DNA of 64,000 nt from Antedon mediterranea (taxonomy: Eukaryota; Animalia; Echinodermata): positions 26,647,175 through 26,711,174 of the forward strand of contig NC_092677.1 in the NCBI RefSeq assembly GCF_964355755.1, written 5' to 3'. The notes under the pieces are model-generated. The model was given only the letters and a program-made list of their open reading frames with translations. It ran no database searches and was not told the DNA's origin. The translations under genes and the position numbers were made by a program. How positions within the stretch are numbered: the first letter of the stretch is position 1; the number at the start of each line of letters is the position of its first letter. This document shows, one piece after another, positions 1-12,128 of the stretch.

Positions 1-77
1 CTACACACTATATCACTACCATATTTGGGCACATCACACTCTTTTTGTCAAACTAGTTTGATAGTGTAGACAGAGCT
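1..77. mobile_element. Right part of a short MITE (same family as 19849-20055 and 21102-21241)
   Basis: Ends in AGTTTGATAGTGTAGACAGAGCT followed by TAA. The same terminus and internal 'tcacta..catattt.ggcacatc' sequence occur in two complete copies later in the window. Confidence 0.75.
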
Positions 78-3000
78 TAAGAAAAGTCTGCTTTTGGAAG
101 AGTTTCTGTTTATTAAATAGAATTCGGTATTAGGAGAGTTAACTGTACCAAATATTTCTATACAACATTTTATTAATGTAATTATTTTTTAATTCAAATA
201 GGATGACCAATTGGAATAATTTGAATAAGCAGAAGTTGACAAAACAGAGCTAACATTACCAGCAGAAATCCCCACCATAAGTAACTTTTAATGTTTTTAA
301 ATGCAGTAATTATTTTGAATAGATCACATCAACTTATGTTCAACAGATTATTTATATCACTTGCACTGTATATGTTTAAAACTTATTAATTAATTTGGTT
401 CACATGTAAAATTTGCAGATATGTAACATCTTTTAATAAAACCCCCAATTGTGTATAATATAAAATTAATAGCTCTTTATATTCATAAGACCCATTAAAA
501 CATTTTTAATCTTTTTTTTTTTTTTTTTTATTATCTGATATACATATGTATGTTTGTATATACTAAAATTACAAAACAAAAAATATAAACAAAATATTGT
601 AACAATGGTTTAATCAAGCTATTACATTTCACACAATATATATATATATAAAAAGGGCTTCATAATTTTACAAAATAGCATTATATAATTAATTAATTCT
701 TATTCATTATTGGTAGTATTTATATTATCAAATAAATCTATCATTTCATAATCTGCAGAATGAACATTAAAAGTCAGTATTTTTCTGGTTGTATATCTAT
801 AAAATTGTCTTATATTCCAAAGAACTTTGATATTAAGCAATACACGTAATATTATACTGTTAATTTTTGTAGCATTTTAAATTTTCTCTTTGTGATTATG
901 TAACCTGTCTGATTTTATGTTGTTCTGAATATTAAAATTAATTAATTTAACAGTAAAATATTTTGTGGTTTTTATAATAATTTTTTGTTATGCATGGTTG
1001 AAGAACCAATATTATACACCTTTTGTTTCACCTATATGTTTAATAATAAAGATATTTGTGAGTAAATGTTGAAATGACAAGCATTGGTGAATATTTTGAA
1101 AAGGTGAGATAGGTAATTGAAACGTCCAGGTGCTGAACTAGACCACTGACCAACGCATTTAAGTTAATTGTGGTGCTAGAGGAGATGGTCAATTTGTCTT
1201 TCAGTTATTTTCCCAAGATTGTTTATTTCCTCTTTATATCCGCTAGATAAACTCCTACATTACTGTGTAATGATGATTTTATCAAAACATTTTGTATATA
1301 TTGTAAAACTGAAAAACAAAAACTAAAAGTATTTTCCAGGAAGGAGCTATGAATAGTGAGTACTGTCTTTGATAATAAATGTTTGTTGAGTGGCACCTGT
1401 AATAGGAAATGGGGAGTGTAGAAGTCTTTGTTTAATGTACTATATTAAAAAGGTTAACATATGGGAAACATCCCCGATACATGTACTACAAACCTCGTGA
1501 CCATATGTGGAAACATGTGCTTGCTTAATTAATATCTGCTCTAGATAAAACAAACTGTATATATATATTGTAAAGAAAATAATGGCTTAAATATGTTTCT
1601 AAATTAGTGAAAACAAACTGAAATTGTTGACAATAAATGAATTGGTGTGAAAGAAATCCTGAATGTACTAGTATAATCTTTCATCAGTTAAGTATGCACA
1701 AAAAAGTTCCCAAAGAACAACATACTCGGCAAATATTATTATAAATGTGTTTCTTTGTTCTTATGACAAAATATATTTTTGTGTCGATTTACAGTAATAA
1801 GTTTTGTTGGGTGTTGTTGATGAAAATTGTATTGAAATACTATTTTGTGCCACACTATATGTAATTACACTTTTATAGTTAAGTTTAAATACGTTTCATA
1901 CTATGTAAGAAAAGTTCCATAAAATGGTATAGCATGTAAAGAACCATGGAAAAATAATATTTCTCCATGAAAGAACTAATAACAATTCTGTACTGTACTT
2001 CCAAAATAGCATAATATTGAAGGAAAAATTTTAAAATATTTTGCAAAATTGTGAATATTACTTACTTTTGCATAAATATGTATGTATTAATCAACTATTT
2101 TAGTGTTTTATAACATTATGCAAATTTTATATACAAGCATGTTTGTTATATTGGAACAGCAGAGAAATAATAGAATCCTGAAGAAAATGGAAGACTAATA
2201 GCCAAATGCTTATGTATTAAGTCCTATTTTTGTCATAGTTTCCAAAACAAACCTTTCTTTTATCAAGTATTTGTTCGTATTTTATCAGATATTCATTGTT
2301 TTCCTTTCACAATTCACATGATAGCTTTTTAAAATCTGGTTTTGTCAAGAAATTTCCAAACTTTCTCCAAATCTTTCAGAATTTCATCAACTAGTCTTGG
2401 TTTCTCTTAAACACAGTTTTATCAATAATTCCTTGCTGTTGCTTTTTTATCAATTTCTTCAACATAATTTCTTTCTTTCTGTTGGTATCTCCAAGTTTTT
2501 TTTCCCTCTAAATATACCAGTTTAATATTTCACACTTCATAATATTTATTGCTTCTCTACTAGATCATAGAGTAATACTTTATGACTAGATTGGCGCATT
2601 AGTACTTTTAGTTGGATATTTTAAATTGTGTATTTTGTGATACATCATGGCATCTATACTTGTGTAGTTTTCGATATCTGCAGAATAATGTTGACATGAA
2701 CGGTGTTTATTTTGGTGTAATTAATAAATAATGTATGATATTAAAGTTTGATAAAAATGAGAAATAAATAATTGAACTATATTCTTTTTGTTTTTTCTAT
2801 TTTTAATAGTACCATTAAGTGAATTTTTTTAATTCGTTTGATAAGCTTGAAGGTATAAGGTTAGTTTTTTGATTAATTGTGACCCAGAAACCTGTTATAA
2901 TAAATCTCTGCATGGGTACTTCTAATTGGAACTTCAATAAATGAACTTGAAAACTAACTTGCGTAAGTGTCCATAAAGCGTAAAGCATAATTCTTTTATG

Positions 3001-3341
3001 ATGTCTCGCATGAGTTAATTACAATAAAGCTAAGCGGGTAGGTATTTTAATATGATGAAAAGCTTAGTGTACCATTTCACTTAGTGGGAGAGAATTTTGT
3101 GTTGTATAAAACTGATTACCGCCAATTGAAAATACTGTATATGAGTTTTTATAATTATGTTTGTAAAGTAAACAGAGTCTACAGGACGACTTGAATGTAC
3201 CATTTGTATTTGAGATAACTTGATGATTTAGGACACACCCTGATCCCACGATAAATAGTGAAATCGAACCACTAAAAAAATATTACGAAATGCTGTACAA
3301 CTAAACAAACAAAAGTATTTTATGGTGGAATGTGTGACGAT

Positions 3342-3462
3342 TTATATAGCCACTCCTCCACGGTCGAAAGGTACAGGTTGGCGCGCAAAACCTAAGATGT
3401 AGAGATTGTTTACCTGACAACCTAAGTTGACAACCAAAAAGTACGCCACACCGAAGTAAGTA
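3342..3462 (+). promoter_or_regulatory. Probable promoter and first non-coding exon of the large zinc-finger gene
   Basis: TATA-like TTTATATAG at ~3341, a locally CpG-richer stretch, and a consensus donor GAA|GTAAGT at ~3456. Further candidate 5'UTR exons at 7220-7259 (TAG|...AAG|GTACGT) and from 7355 (TTTTTAG|GGC). Linking these exons is inference. Confidence 0.45.
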
Positions 3463-3711
3463 TCAGAAGCCTAGTAGTAGACCTACGTTTTGTATTTTTC
3501 TAAAATATTTGTGCTTATTTTCTTATATAAGTTAGTAGTTGACTGTTTGTGTGATAATCATTAATGATGATCGCATAGCATTCACATGATGCATGCTGAG
3601 AACCGCTGTGTCACTTTAGGAAACTCTACCTTACGACATTTTTGGTCGGTAGAGTAGGAAGCAAGCAAGGCAGAAGCAATGTACAGTAGGCCTATGATGC
3701 CGCCGTATAAT

Positions 3712-3732
3712 CAGGGAGTTGTAAACTCCCTG
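3712..3732. mobile_element. 21-bp CA..TG palindrome with 7-bp target-site duplication (P-superfamily-like scar or mini-element)
   Basis: GTATAAT-CAGGGAGTT GTA AACTCCCTG-GTATAAT read directly from the sequence. Confidence 0.65.
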
Positions 3733-5690
3733 GTATAATGATGTTGTAGGCTGTAGGCTGCTTCCCTAAAGATAAGGTTTTCTGTTTAAAGGCTACATAA
3801 ATAAATTTTTACCGTCTGATGATAAATTCAAGAACTAAAACATTCTGTGAGTCAACATAATATGGCTACTAGAAGTTATTGTATTTTTTTTGTTTAAATA
3901 TATAATTTTAACATATAAGGAATTGATTGAAAAAACTGCATCCATGGATAGATGTCAGGAGTGCTATTAGGTTATTTTGTTACATTGGAAAGCTTTTTGC
4001 TTAGAAAATGGTGTTTAAATCATCATGTTAGTTTAGTTGCAGTTTAATTCAGATGACAATTTGGAAAAAGGATTAGAAGATCGATCTGTTGATTGAGTCA
4101 TCAACAAAATTATGTCAATGATAGAGATTAGAGAAAGTGAGACACAGTGCACATTATTTCTATGGTATTAGTATGTGTGCCTTTGTATTTATTAAGTTAA
4201 TTTGTTTTCTTATTCAAAGTAATTTATATCAGCTGTTTTTATTGATTTTTATATTGATCTTAGAAGAAACGATATTCTTATATTATTGTTTTTGAATATT
4301 TTCTCCATTATAGACCTCATCATCATTGTATCAACAATGCGCTGTATATTTATGGATTATACAATGCATTATTGCAAATTATATATGAAGTAGGCCAGGG
4401 TATTATACAAAAAATGCTTAACTAACTTAATAATGTCCAACCGACATCCATAAGAAAACAATTAAAATCTGCTTTCGAGAAGACTTGAAATTGTCACTAT
4501 GTTTGAGTAATTGGTGTTTAAGTTGCTGTAACAATTATTATTTATGTTAAAGATATCATAATATCTTTTGTTTAAAAAGCCTGTTATATTGATTTTTCTT
4601 GAGTCTGTCAAATAAATTAATTTTACATGAGCAGCACTGACAAACCAGGTTTTTGCAAGCTGTGAATTAAACTTTGAACTCTACAAATTATTAATTATTG
4701 TAGCAGATGATTTCAACAATGAATGTTTAACAGAAATCTTTTCCTGGACTTTGTGTAAAAAAATAACATGCACTTCCTGGTTTTGTTTTGGTTTTTTTTA
4801 ACCTCTCATATTCAACATAATTCCACTAAGTATGAGTTCTGCAATGGTTTCTGTTTCATCTATCTTTTTTTCAGTAGATTAATTATGCTGTGAATTTGGG
4901 TTTTCTTATTTTTAAATATTAAATGTATATGACTAGCACATGCATCCATCTTGGTTGTGGTGTAAAATTATAGGTGTAGCTTAGATAAAGAATTGTTTAC
5001 TTTGCTCGACTATTACAATGCACACAACAACTGATTGTGTTCAATTCAAAGCTTACACGCTTCACTGAACCGATATAATAAATCCATGCTTGCATAATAC
5101 AATACTAATCAATAGAACATTATACTTGCGTTTCATGGTTCAGCAATACTGTAATACTCCATGGACTGTGCAAGTATTGTAAGATATTTTTTAGTACAGT
5201 AGTTTAGTAGTATTGATGCAGGTACAGTTATACACAGGCAAGATGTCGTCAGTTTTTAACTCTTTAGCTTACTTAGTAAATATTAGGTAAGTACCACAGT
5301 AAGCATAGTTAATATTAACAAAGGCTTCATACTAAATGAATAGAATGGTTTATTTATTAAACAATGCCATTCTTTTGTTCATTCTGGAGTGTTTACAGGA
5401 ATGGAAGAGAGTATTGTTCATTCAAAGCTCTCTCTGTGTTCAAAACCAGTTGACAATTACTGAATAATTTGAATATGTGTGGTAGGCTGCATTCCAAATT
5501 TCCAGAAGAAGGAATTGACTAAAACTTCAAGACATTCTTTTTGAAAACACCTGGTTTATACAACAAACCTTATTTTACTACAGTAATACTAGGTAATTTG
5601 ACCTTCCTGTTGCATAGTGTTCATTCAGAAATCATCAGGCATCTAGAATTAGCACAACTCAACATTATCATTAATGAAGTTATTGTAAAT

Positions 5691-5853
5691 TATAAAAGAT
5701 AACATTTTATTTTTTGAAAGAGCTATTTTTAAAACATATATGTGTATGTATATGTACAATCAGTCAGTTGATAAAGATCTCGGATAGAATAAGTACCATA
5801 CTCCCTGTTTTTTAAATAGCTCTTTCAAAAAGAAAATTCTTCTTCTTTTATAA
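5691..5853. repeat. Imperfect inverted repeat, probably an old MITE
   Basis: TTTTGAAAGAGCTATTTTTAAAACA near 5712 pairs imperfectly with TGTTTTTTAAATAGCTCTTTCAAAA near 5806-5830. Confidence 0.45.
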
Positions 5854-7385
5854 ATATAGAAGCTAAATGAAATTCTTGATGATACTGTAATTATAAAATA
5901 ATATTATCAAACTCATGGTTGAATTTGTAGATATCCTTCAGTTTATTGTAGTCACCTAATCACCCAGATTTGTAATAATATTATTTATATTGTACACCTG
6001 TAGATTGTTAAATAAACAGTATTCCTTGTATTTTAGTTATTATTTCTAAACATTTCCCAATGCAACAGCTCATATTGTTATTTTATGCATTATATATGTG
6101 TTGTACTGCACAATGTTCTCAACGTGTATCATATTATTATGCCGAAATCAGCACTTAACTTCCGGCAAAAACTCGATAGTTTCCTGGATTGTGTTTCAGA
6201 CTATATTTAATTTCCTGCTTGCTGAATACTTAAAGCCATACATATTTAAATGAAATACATTACAGTATTCACAAACGAAAGCTGATGGTTTTTTTGTATG
6301 GACGCTGAAAATTGTATTTAAGCACGTACTGGAAGTTATTGGTGTGTGAGCTAGGCTTGGCTTGGCTTTGTTCTCTTACAGTATTTGTATTCCTTTTATT
6401 TTCAAGTATAAGGTAATAATTACCATAATAAAGGTTCTATACAATACATTTGTGTAGTTATGGTGCTAAGTTTATTAGAAATAAGCTTGTTGTAAATGCG
6501 GTCTTTGCAATTGCAAAATCTTTTATGAACTTTAAGAGAATTATAGTTTTTTGATTACCTGGTTTTTAAGTTAATACTGTAAGTTTAATAGTTTGTCTTC
6601 TACATGTAGAGCATCTTGTGTATATGTTTGTCTTGTGAAATTATTAAATAGTTTATCCATCCTGTAATTGGCGGGTTACTCGCTGTTGGATGAGTATGAA
6701 ATAAAATTTAAAAAAATAAAAATAAAAAAATTAACATTTTAGTGATAGCATCAGGAGTAGCTATCTACTATCTTGATCAGTAGCTGAGTGTTGCGTTATC
6801 AGTGATTGTGAAATTGCCAATGAAGACTAATGTTAGGTTGTATTTATACACGGTTCAGCACTTTATTTGGTATCTGCCCAACTTTATATCAATATTTGTT
6901 GTTCTCAGGCGTTATTATCTTTTGTGTAAATATATCTGATTTTGTAACTACAGATCTAGAATATTCTTTTATTCTAGTCATTCTGCTGCTTCTGCCAGGT
7001 ACAGTATACAAACTCACAGTTTATTCAGTTTCTCTTGTCATTTTCATATTGATTGTAATTCTCAAATGACAATCATACTAAATAGTTTGCTTGTACAGTT
7101 TTAGTTCTAGAAAAACAATTCTATATTTTCTAAAAACAAAAGGAAATACTGCAACAAAGGGTTTACTAAAGTGTTTGCTGTTTGTATGAAATTGTTTGAT
7201 AATGTTTTCTTTATTTTAGATTTGTTGGATAATCAAATGTTTGGAAAATATGCAACAAGGTACGTACCAAATGTAATTTGTTGGCAAAGAACTCTTAATC
7301 GCTACTCTGCATTTACCCAATTTCCATCTATTCATATCTTTTATATTTTTTTAGGGCTATCAGGAAGTGACAAAGACAAACTAAA

Positions 7386-10300
7386 ATGAGTAGCGACCTT
7401 TTACCTAATTTCCGGAAACACTATGTTAGTGACAAAACCCGGCTAAAGCGCTTGAAAAAAGAAGCACAAAAACGAAATTGTAAAGTTATTCTTCATAAAA
7501 CCAACATTCCAATGAAAAATTCTTGTGAAAAAGAAGATTTGAAGACTAGAGAAAAGAATTTTAAAGAAAAAGAAGAGAAAGATCAACAGGTTCCCACTGT
7601 CACAGACTTGTTACCAACAGAACGGTCGACCTCACCAGATGAATATGAGTGTTTTCCATGCAAGTCTGATGATACACGTAATATTTTCCAATCTATTAAA
7701 TCATTTTCTATATTGGATCAAAGTTCCAAACCCAGTGTGGCTGCAGATACCTTATTTCTTACTGATCTTGGGAAGACTTTATGCGATGCCACAAAGGATG
7801 GCGAAGATGAGAATTTTGAGAATAAACAAAATGCTCATCAGGTTGAAACAAAAATTAAACAAGAATATACAGATGAACATTCCTTTGAGGAAGAAAATAC
7901 AAGTAATTGGTGTCCTCTGACACCAATGAGTGAATCTGAAAGAGATACAGTGACTTCTAATGCATCGGAAGATGGAAGTATCGATACCAACACAAATGAT
8001 AATGAAACTAAAATTCCAATAATCAAGCAGGAACTTTGCAGTGACACGCATGATTGTGGCAACAACAATCTGGTTGTAAACAATACTGGGTCAGTTTCTA
8101 TCTCTTCTGATTATGACAGCGAAGAGAATATTATTGAATCTGATACAGAAAAACAAGTTATAATTAAAACTGAAATAATAGAAAATAATCAAGAAGAGTA
8201 TCAATTACTGAAACAATTTGAAAAATTTGTAGCTGATAACGAAAGTAGTTCTTTACATGAATCAAATGAGCTAAATATGGAAATAAGTGACCAAAGTGAT
8301 CCATCAAAACTCTTGATATCAAACAACATTGAGAAAAGTTCCAGCCAGCCAGACACCCTGACCTCAACAGAACATCCAACAGAAGAGGCAAGTAATTGTG
8401 AAGAAGAATCAGAAAGTAATAAATTAAAAATCTCATTGTCAAATACAGATTATAGTAGGACAGTGTCACCAGAAATTTTAGTTGAAAAATCAAATAATCA
8501 TGAAGTTAGTTTGTCAAACATTTCATTATTAGAGGACCCCTTTCAGGAAAGTTCTATTAAGGATGATATGGCAGAACAAACAAGAAATATTGATGCAAAA
8601 TCCGATGTGCTTGATCCACTATATCGATCAAAAAATATTCTTTCACCAATAAGAGATTTGGAATATGACCAAGATATTCCTCTATCAAAATCTGATCATT
8701 TCAGTTCCATTCAAAAATTAGTTTCAGAAATAGTTGATAATATTGTCGTATCTGAAGAAACTGAGGATGAAAATGTATTTGTAAAACCACATAACCTACA
8801 AACAAATGTTTTCTCCAAAATTGAAAATGTTACAATACCTCTTAAAGAAACACCAGCAGATGTTAATTCAATTTCCAGTACACACAATGTTAGTATTAAT
8901 GAGAAAGAAAATAATAAGAAAGATCGTGTAACAAGTAGGGAAAATCCAATATTGACAAATAATAAAACTAGTTCAATCCCAACACCAGAAGAAAAGACAA
9001 GAACTCTGGTGGAACCAGTGTCATCAAATACATTGAAATCTAAGTCAGAAGAACACATGACTTTAGTGGACTTGAGTACGCTACATAAACCTGTTTTAAA
9101 GAGACCTAAAAGAGGACGTCCGAAAGGACGAGGACAAGCTCAGTACATATATGGTCCATATACCATACCAGGTTACCATGGCATGCATAATGTTAATAGC
9201 TCAACAAATAACCCTAGTCAACAATTAGTAAATGTTCCACTAAGGTTGCCATCTAAAGGTGTTATTGGACTGGTTTCGCAAGCAACTTACAGTGAGATAC
9301 AAAAACATCAGTCTGAACATGTCATATTTCCAAATCCTAAACAAAATCAAGTTCTATACAACGGTCAACCTACTGGGCCTGATGGTGGTATCTTTGTGCC
9401 GATATATGATTCAAAAGTTTTGGAATTGGTTCAGAAAACGATTTCAGACGTTGACAAGAATTCAAAAATGGGACAACCTGTAAAAATTAATGAACAAAAT
9501 AAGATGATAGAACTACAGCGACCGCCCCCATCATATCAACCAACTAGAGTGCCGACTATCTCAAATACACATACAAATACACATGCATACCCAGTTCAAC
9601 AGAAGTCTAGGCCTACAAGAGAACAAAGTAAAAATATCCAGAAAGATACTTTGCAAATAGGAAGTGAATCCGTGCTAGCATTACCTCGCAATGCTGTGTC
9701 AAACATGCCCATACCAATTTCAATCCCAAAACCCCGGTACTTTCGTAAAGGATCAAATGTGAAACCTGCTCCTTTAACTGTTAGAGAACAGTTGCACGAA
9801 AAAATGAAACAGAAGCTATCTAAGAAGAGTGGAAATACAACACCATCAGTGTCGCCTAACGTTTGTAGCTCCCCATCACCACCACCACCACCACCACCAC
9901 CAAGATTTCAAGTTGTACCGTTTGCAACAAAAAATGGCACACTACCACCAACACTTCTACCTCAAACACAACTGACACGACAAACATCACCAAACAACCA
10001 TCCACAAATATCGCAACTACTACCACCTCCTCTCCAGGCCCAACCAAGACTAGCGCGTCCCCCACAATCGCAACTACCACTTACACTAGCACCACCTCCG
10101 TTAACCCGATGTCCGACTATTCCTTCAAGTGTTCAAGTTCAACTTCAACATTCCAAACCTCTGCAAACTACAACTTCTCAAACATTCCCAGACTACAGAC
10201 CATTCACAACAGTTCCTCCTATGAAGTATGGCGACTCAGCTGTTACTGCACCTCACTACTATTCTCAGTCTAATACTCAACATATGTTCAATCATCCTCC

Positions 10301-11621
10301 ACCTGTGGCTATCCACTCGACAACTGCCTTGCATTATTCTGTAAACTCTTCTGTATCTGTTCCATCTGGTGGGTCTTTTACAAATTCAGTTCCTAGTGGC
10401 AACTTAGGCCTATACACTCCAATGAATCTAACTAATCAAATGCCACAAACACAGCATTTCAAAGGAACAAATCTTTTCCGTGGTGGTAATCAACCTGTTA
10501 CGAGGTTTTTGAAAGAATTTGCTATTCCACCTCCATATGCTGCATTGGACTTAAGTATGCCGACAAGAAAATCTGAGAAAACTCCTTCTGAACCAGAGCC
10601 AGAACCTGTTCCATTGGACCTAAGCAAAAAATCCGTCAGTACTGCTGATATTAACTGCAAACCACTAGATTTAAGTCAAAAGAAAACAAATCGGTCCTCA
10701 GAAATACAGAGATCGTTTGTTGATGAAGTTATTTCCAAACAAGAAAATCCTTTATCTACCATATTGCTGCAGAGTAGTGTCAAACAACTATCGACGCATA
10801 ATATTCTTGATCAAAATCTTTCTGTTCTGGCAGCCGCTGCTGAAATGCTAGAAGCTAGTAACATAAGCAGTGATGCAACTTCTTCATCACCGCCTAATCC
10901 GAAAATGGAAAAACTTAAAGTGAAGTTTAATTCCAAAAGAAAGTTATGGCATTTGGTACCAGGTAAAAATACTCTGAAACAGATTGGTAAAAAGTCGAAA
11001 AGAGGAAGACCTCCACTCAAAAAAAAAGCTAAGGAAGTCAGTACCGGAAACACTCACAGTTGTCAATTCTGTGATTTCACCGATTCTCAAAAAAGCGAAG
11101 TTCGCTTACATATCAAATCCGTTCACTTTTCTAAGTTTACAAAAGATCCTAAAACAAACAAACTTCACAAAGCTACAAATTCAGTAAATAAAGAAAAGGT
11201 TAATACTACTAATAATAACCAGGTTCCATTACCAGGCAAGCAGTTTGGGAAAGATTCGTTTCTTTGTAAACACTGCGACTTCAAAGCAAAAGCTAGGTAT
11301 CTTTTGCAACGACACGTTATGAAATGGCACCCTAATAATACTTCTTACATGTGCCATTCAAAGGACTGCGCACAAATGTTCCAGACGATTGAACTCTTGC
11401 GGCAACATCAACTAATGCACAAGAAAAATCAGAAGTACGTCTGCAAGATCTGTGGCGCCAGTTACCATTATATGAATGGACTGCGCGCGCACGATGCACG
11501 ACACCACGCCTCCCTCGCCTATCCGTGTTCTAGTTGCGGGCTAAAGTTTAAATCACAAGGAATGTTACAGCGACATCAAATACAAAAGAATCATTTTAAT
11601 AATGTTGCTAATAGCTCTTGA
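7386..11621 (+). CDS. 1411-aa C2H2 zinc-finger protein with AT-hooks and CtBP-binding PxDLS motifs; likely transcriptional repressor
   Basis: Uninterrupted 4.2-kb ORF after a splice acceptor at 7354. Five C-terminal C2H2 fingers (CQFC..H..H, CKHC, CHSKDC, CKIC, CSSC), two KRGRP AT-hooks, ALDLS plus two PLDLS motifs, and long acidic and Pro-rich low-complexity regions. Confidence 0.9.
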   Translation: MSSDLLPNFRKHYVSDKTRLKRLKKEAQKRNCKVILHKTNIPMKNSCEKEDLKTREKNFKEKEEKDQQVPTVTDLLPTERSTSPDEYECFPCKSDDTRNIFQSIKSFSILDQSSKPSVAADTLFLTDLGKTLCDATKDGEDENFENKQNAHQVETKIKQEYTDEHSFEEENTSNWCPLTPMSESERDTVTSNASEDGSIDTNTNDNETKIPIIKQELCSDTHDCGNNNLVVNNTGSVSISSDYDSEENIIESDTEKQVIIKTEIIENNQEEYQLLKQFEKFVADNESSSLHESNELNMEISDQSDPSKLLISNNIEKSSSQPDTLTSTEHPTEEASNCEEESESNKLKISLSNTDYSRTVSPEILVEKSNNHEVSLSNISLLEDPFQESSIKDDMAEQTRNIDAKSDVLDPLYRSKNILSPIRDLEYDQDIPLSKSDHFSSIQKLVSEIVDNIVVSEETEDENVFVKPHNLQTNVFSKIENVTIPLKETPADVNSISSTHNVSINEKENNKKDRVTSRENPILTNNKTSSIPTPEEKTRTLVEPVSSNTLKSKSEEHMTLVDLSTLHKPVLKRPKRGRPKGRGQAQYIYGPYTIPGYHGMHNVNSSTNNPSQQLVNVPLRLPSKGVIGLVSQATYSEIQKHQSEHVIFPNPKQNQVLYNGQPTGPDGGIFVPIYDSKVLELVQKTISDVDKNSKMGQPVKINEQNKMIELQRPPPSYQPTRVPTISNTHTNTHAYPVQQKSRPTREQSKNIQKDTLQIGSESVLALPRNAVSNMPIPISIPKPRYFRKGSNVKPAPLTVREQLHEKMKQKLSKKSGNTTPSVSPNVCSSPSPPPPPPPPRFQVVPFATKNGTLPPTLLPQTQLTRQTSPNNHPQISQLLPPPLQAQPRLARPPQSQLPLTLAPPPLTRCPTIPSSVQVQLQHSKPLQTTTSQTFPDYRPFTTVPPMKYGDSAVTAPHYYSQSNTQHMFNHPPPVAIHSTTALHYSVNSSVSVPSGGSFTNSVPSGNLGLYTPMNLTNQMPQTQHFKGTNLFRGGNQPVTRFLKEFAIPPPYAALDLSMPTRKSEKTPSEPEPEPVPLDLSKKSVSTADINCKPLDLSQKKTNRSSEIQRSFVDEVISKQENPLSTILLQSSVKQLSTHNILDQNLSVLAAAAEMLEASNISSDATSSSPPNPKMEKLKVKFNSKRKLWHLVPGKNTLKQIGKKSKRGRPPLKKKAKEVSTGNTHSCQFCDFTDSQKSEVRLHIKSVHFSKFTKDPKTNKLHKATNSVNKEKVNTTNNNQVPLPGKQFGKDSFLCKHCDFKAKARYLLQRHVMKWHPNNTSYMCHSKDCAQMFQTIELLRQHQLMHKKNQKYVCKICGASYHYMNGLRAHDARHHASLAYPCSSCGLKFKSQGMLQRHQIQKNHFNNVANSS

Positions 11622-11773
11622 GAAATATGTACAGTAAACTTAACCAATGCTAAAATAAGTAAATCCACTTTTTTTAACGAGTTTGTGTTCGGTTTGAAGT
11701 ATCTCTTTAAATTATGTTTGGAATTCCTGCATGCCTTTTATTTTCCATAACAGTTCATCAGGCATATGTCAAA

Positions 11774-11796
11774 CATGGAGGTATTATACCTCCATG
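11774..11796. mobile_element. 23-bp CATG..CATG palindrome with 7-bp target-site duplication (P-superfamily-like scar)
   Basis: TGTCAAA-CATGGAGGTA TTA TACCTCCATG-TGTCAAA. Same arms as the copy at 56593-56630. Confidence 0.75.
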
Positions 11797-12128
11797 TGTC
11801 AAACGTTACTAATCGTAATTTCAGACGTGACCCTTGATGTTCCCTAAAGTTAAAGAACAACTTGCAAAAGGTTAGGGTAACATTGTGACAAATTACAATC
11901 TATGTTTGTTTTTGTTTTTTTCTATTACATATACTGTATATGGTTTTCTATAATAATGATTATAGTATTGTGTTATATAATATTTTAATTTATTCAAATA
12001 TCAAAGTGATTTTAAGGCCAGTATTCCTTTATATATAAGTATAATAACTTCCATAACGTATTATGGTTGAGTTAGTGAAAGTAAATTGGTGTTTGTGATT
12101 CTTTTCTTTTTCAACTTTTTTGTGAGTC

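Noticed and set aside
201-1420. Isolated splice-like signals (TAG|GATGACC..|GTAACT; TTCCAG|GAAGG..GTGAGT)
   Set aside because: No consistent reading frame; may be UTR or lncRNA but unsupported.
2220-2680. Purine-rich minus-strand stretch after an acceptor-like TTCTGCAG, resembling decayed coding sequence
   Set aside because: Interrupted by stops in the frames I read and no recognisable motif; cannot be assigned.
7639-11187. Short ORFs overlapping the large zinc-finger CDS
   Set aside because: Shadow frames of a long coding exon with no independent signals.
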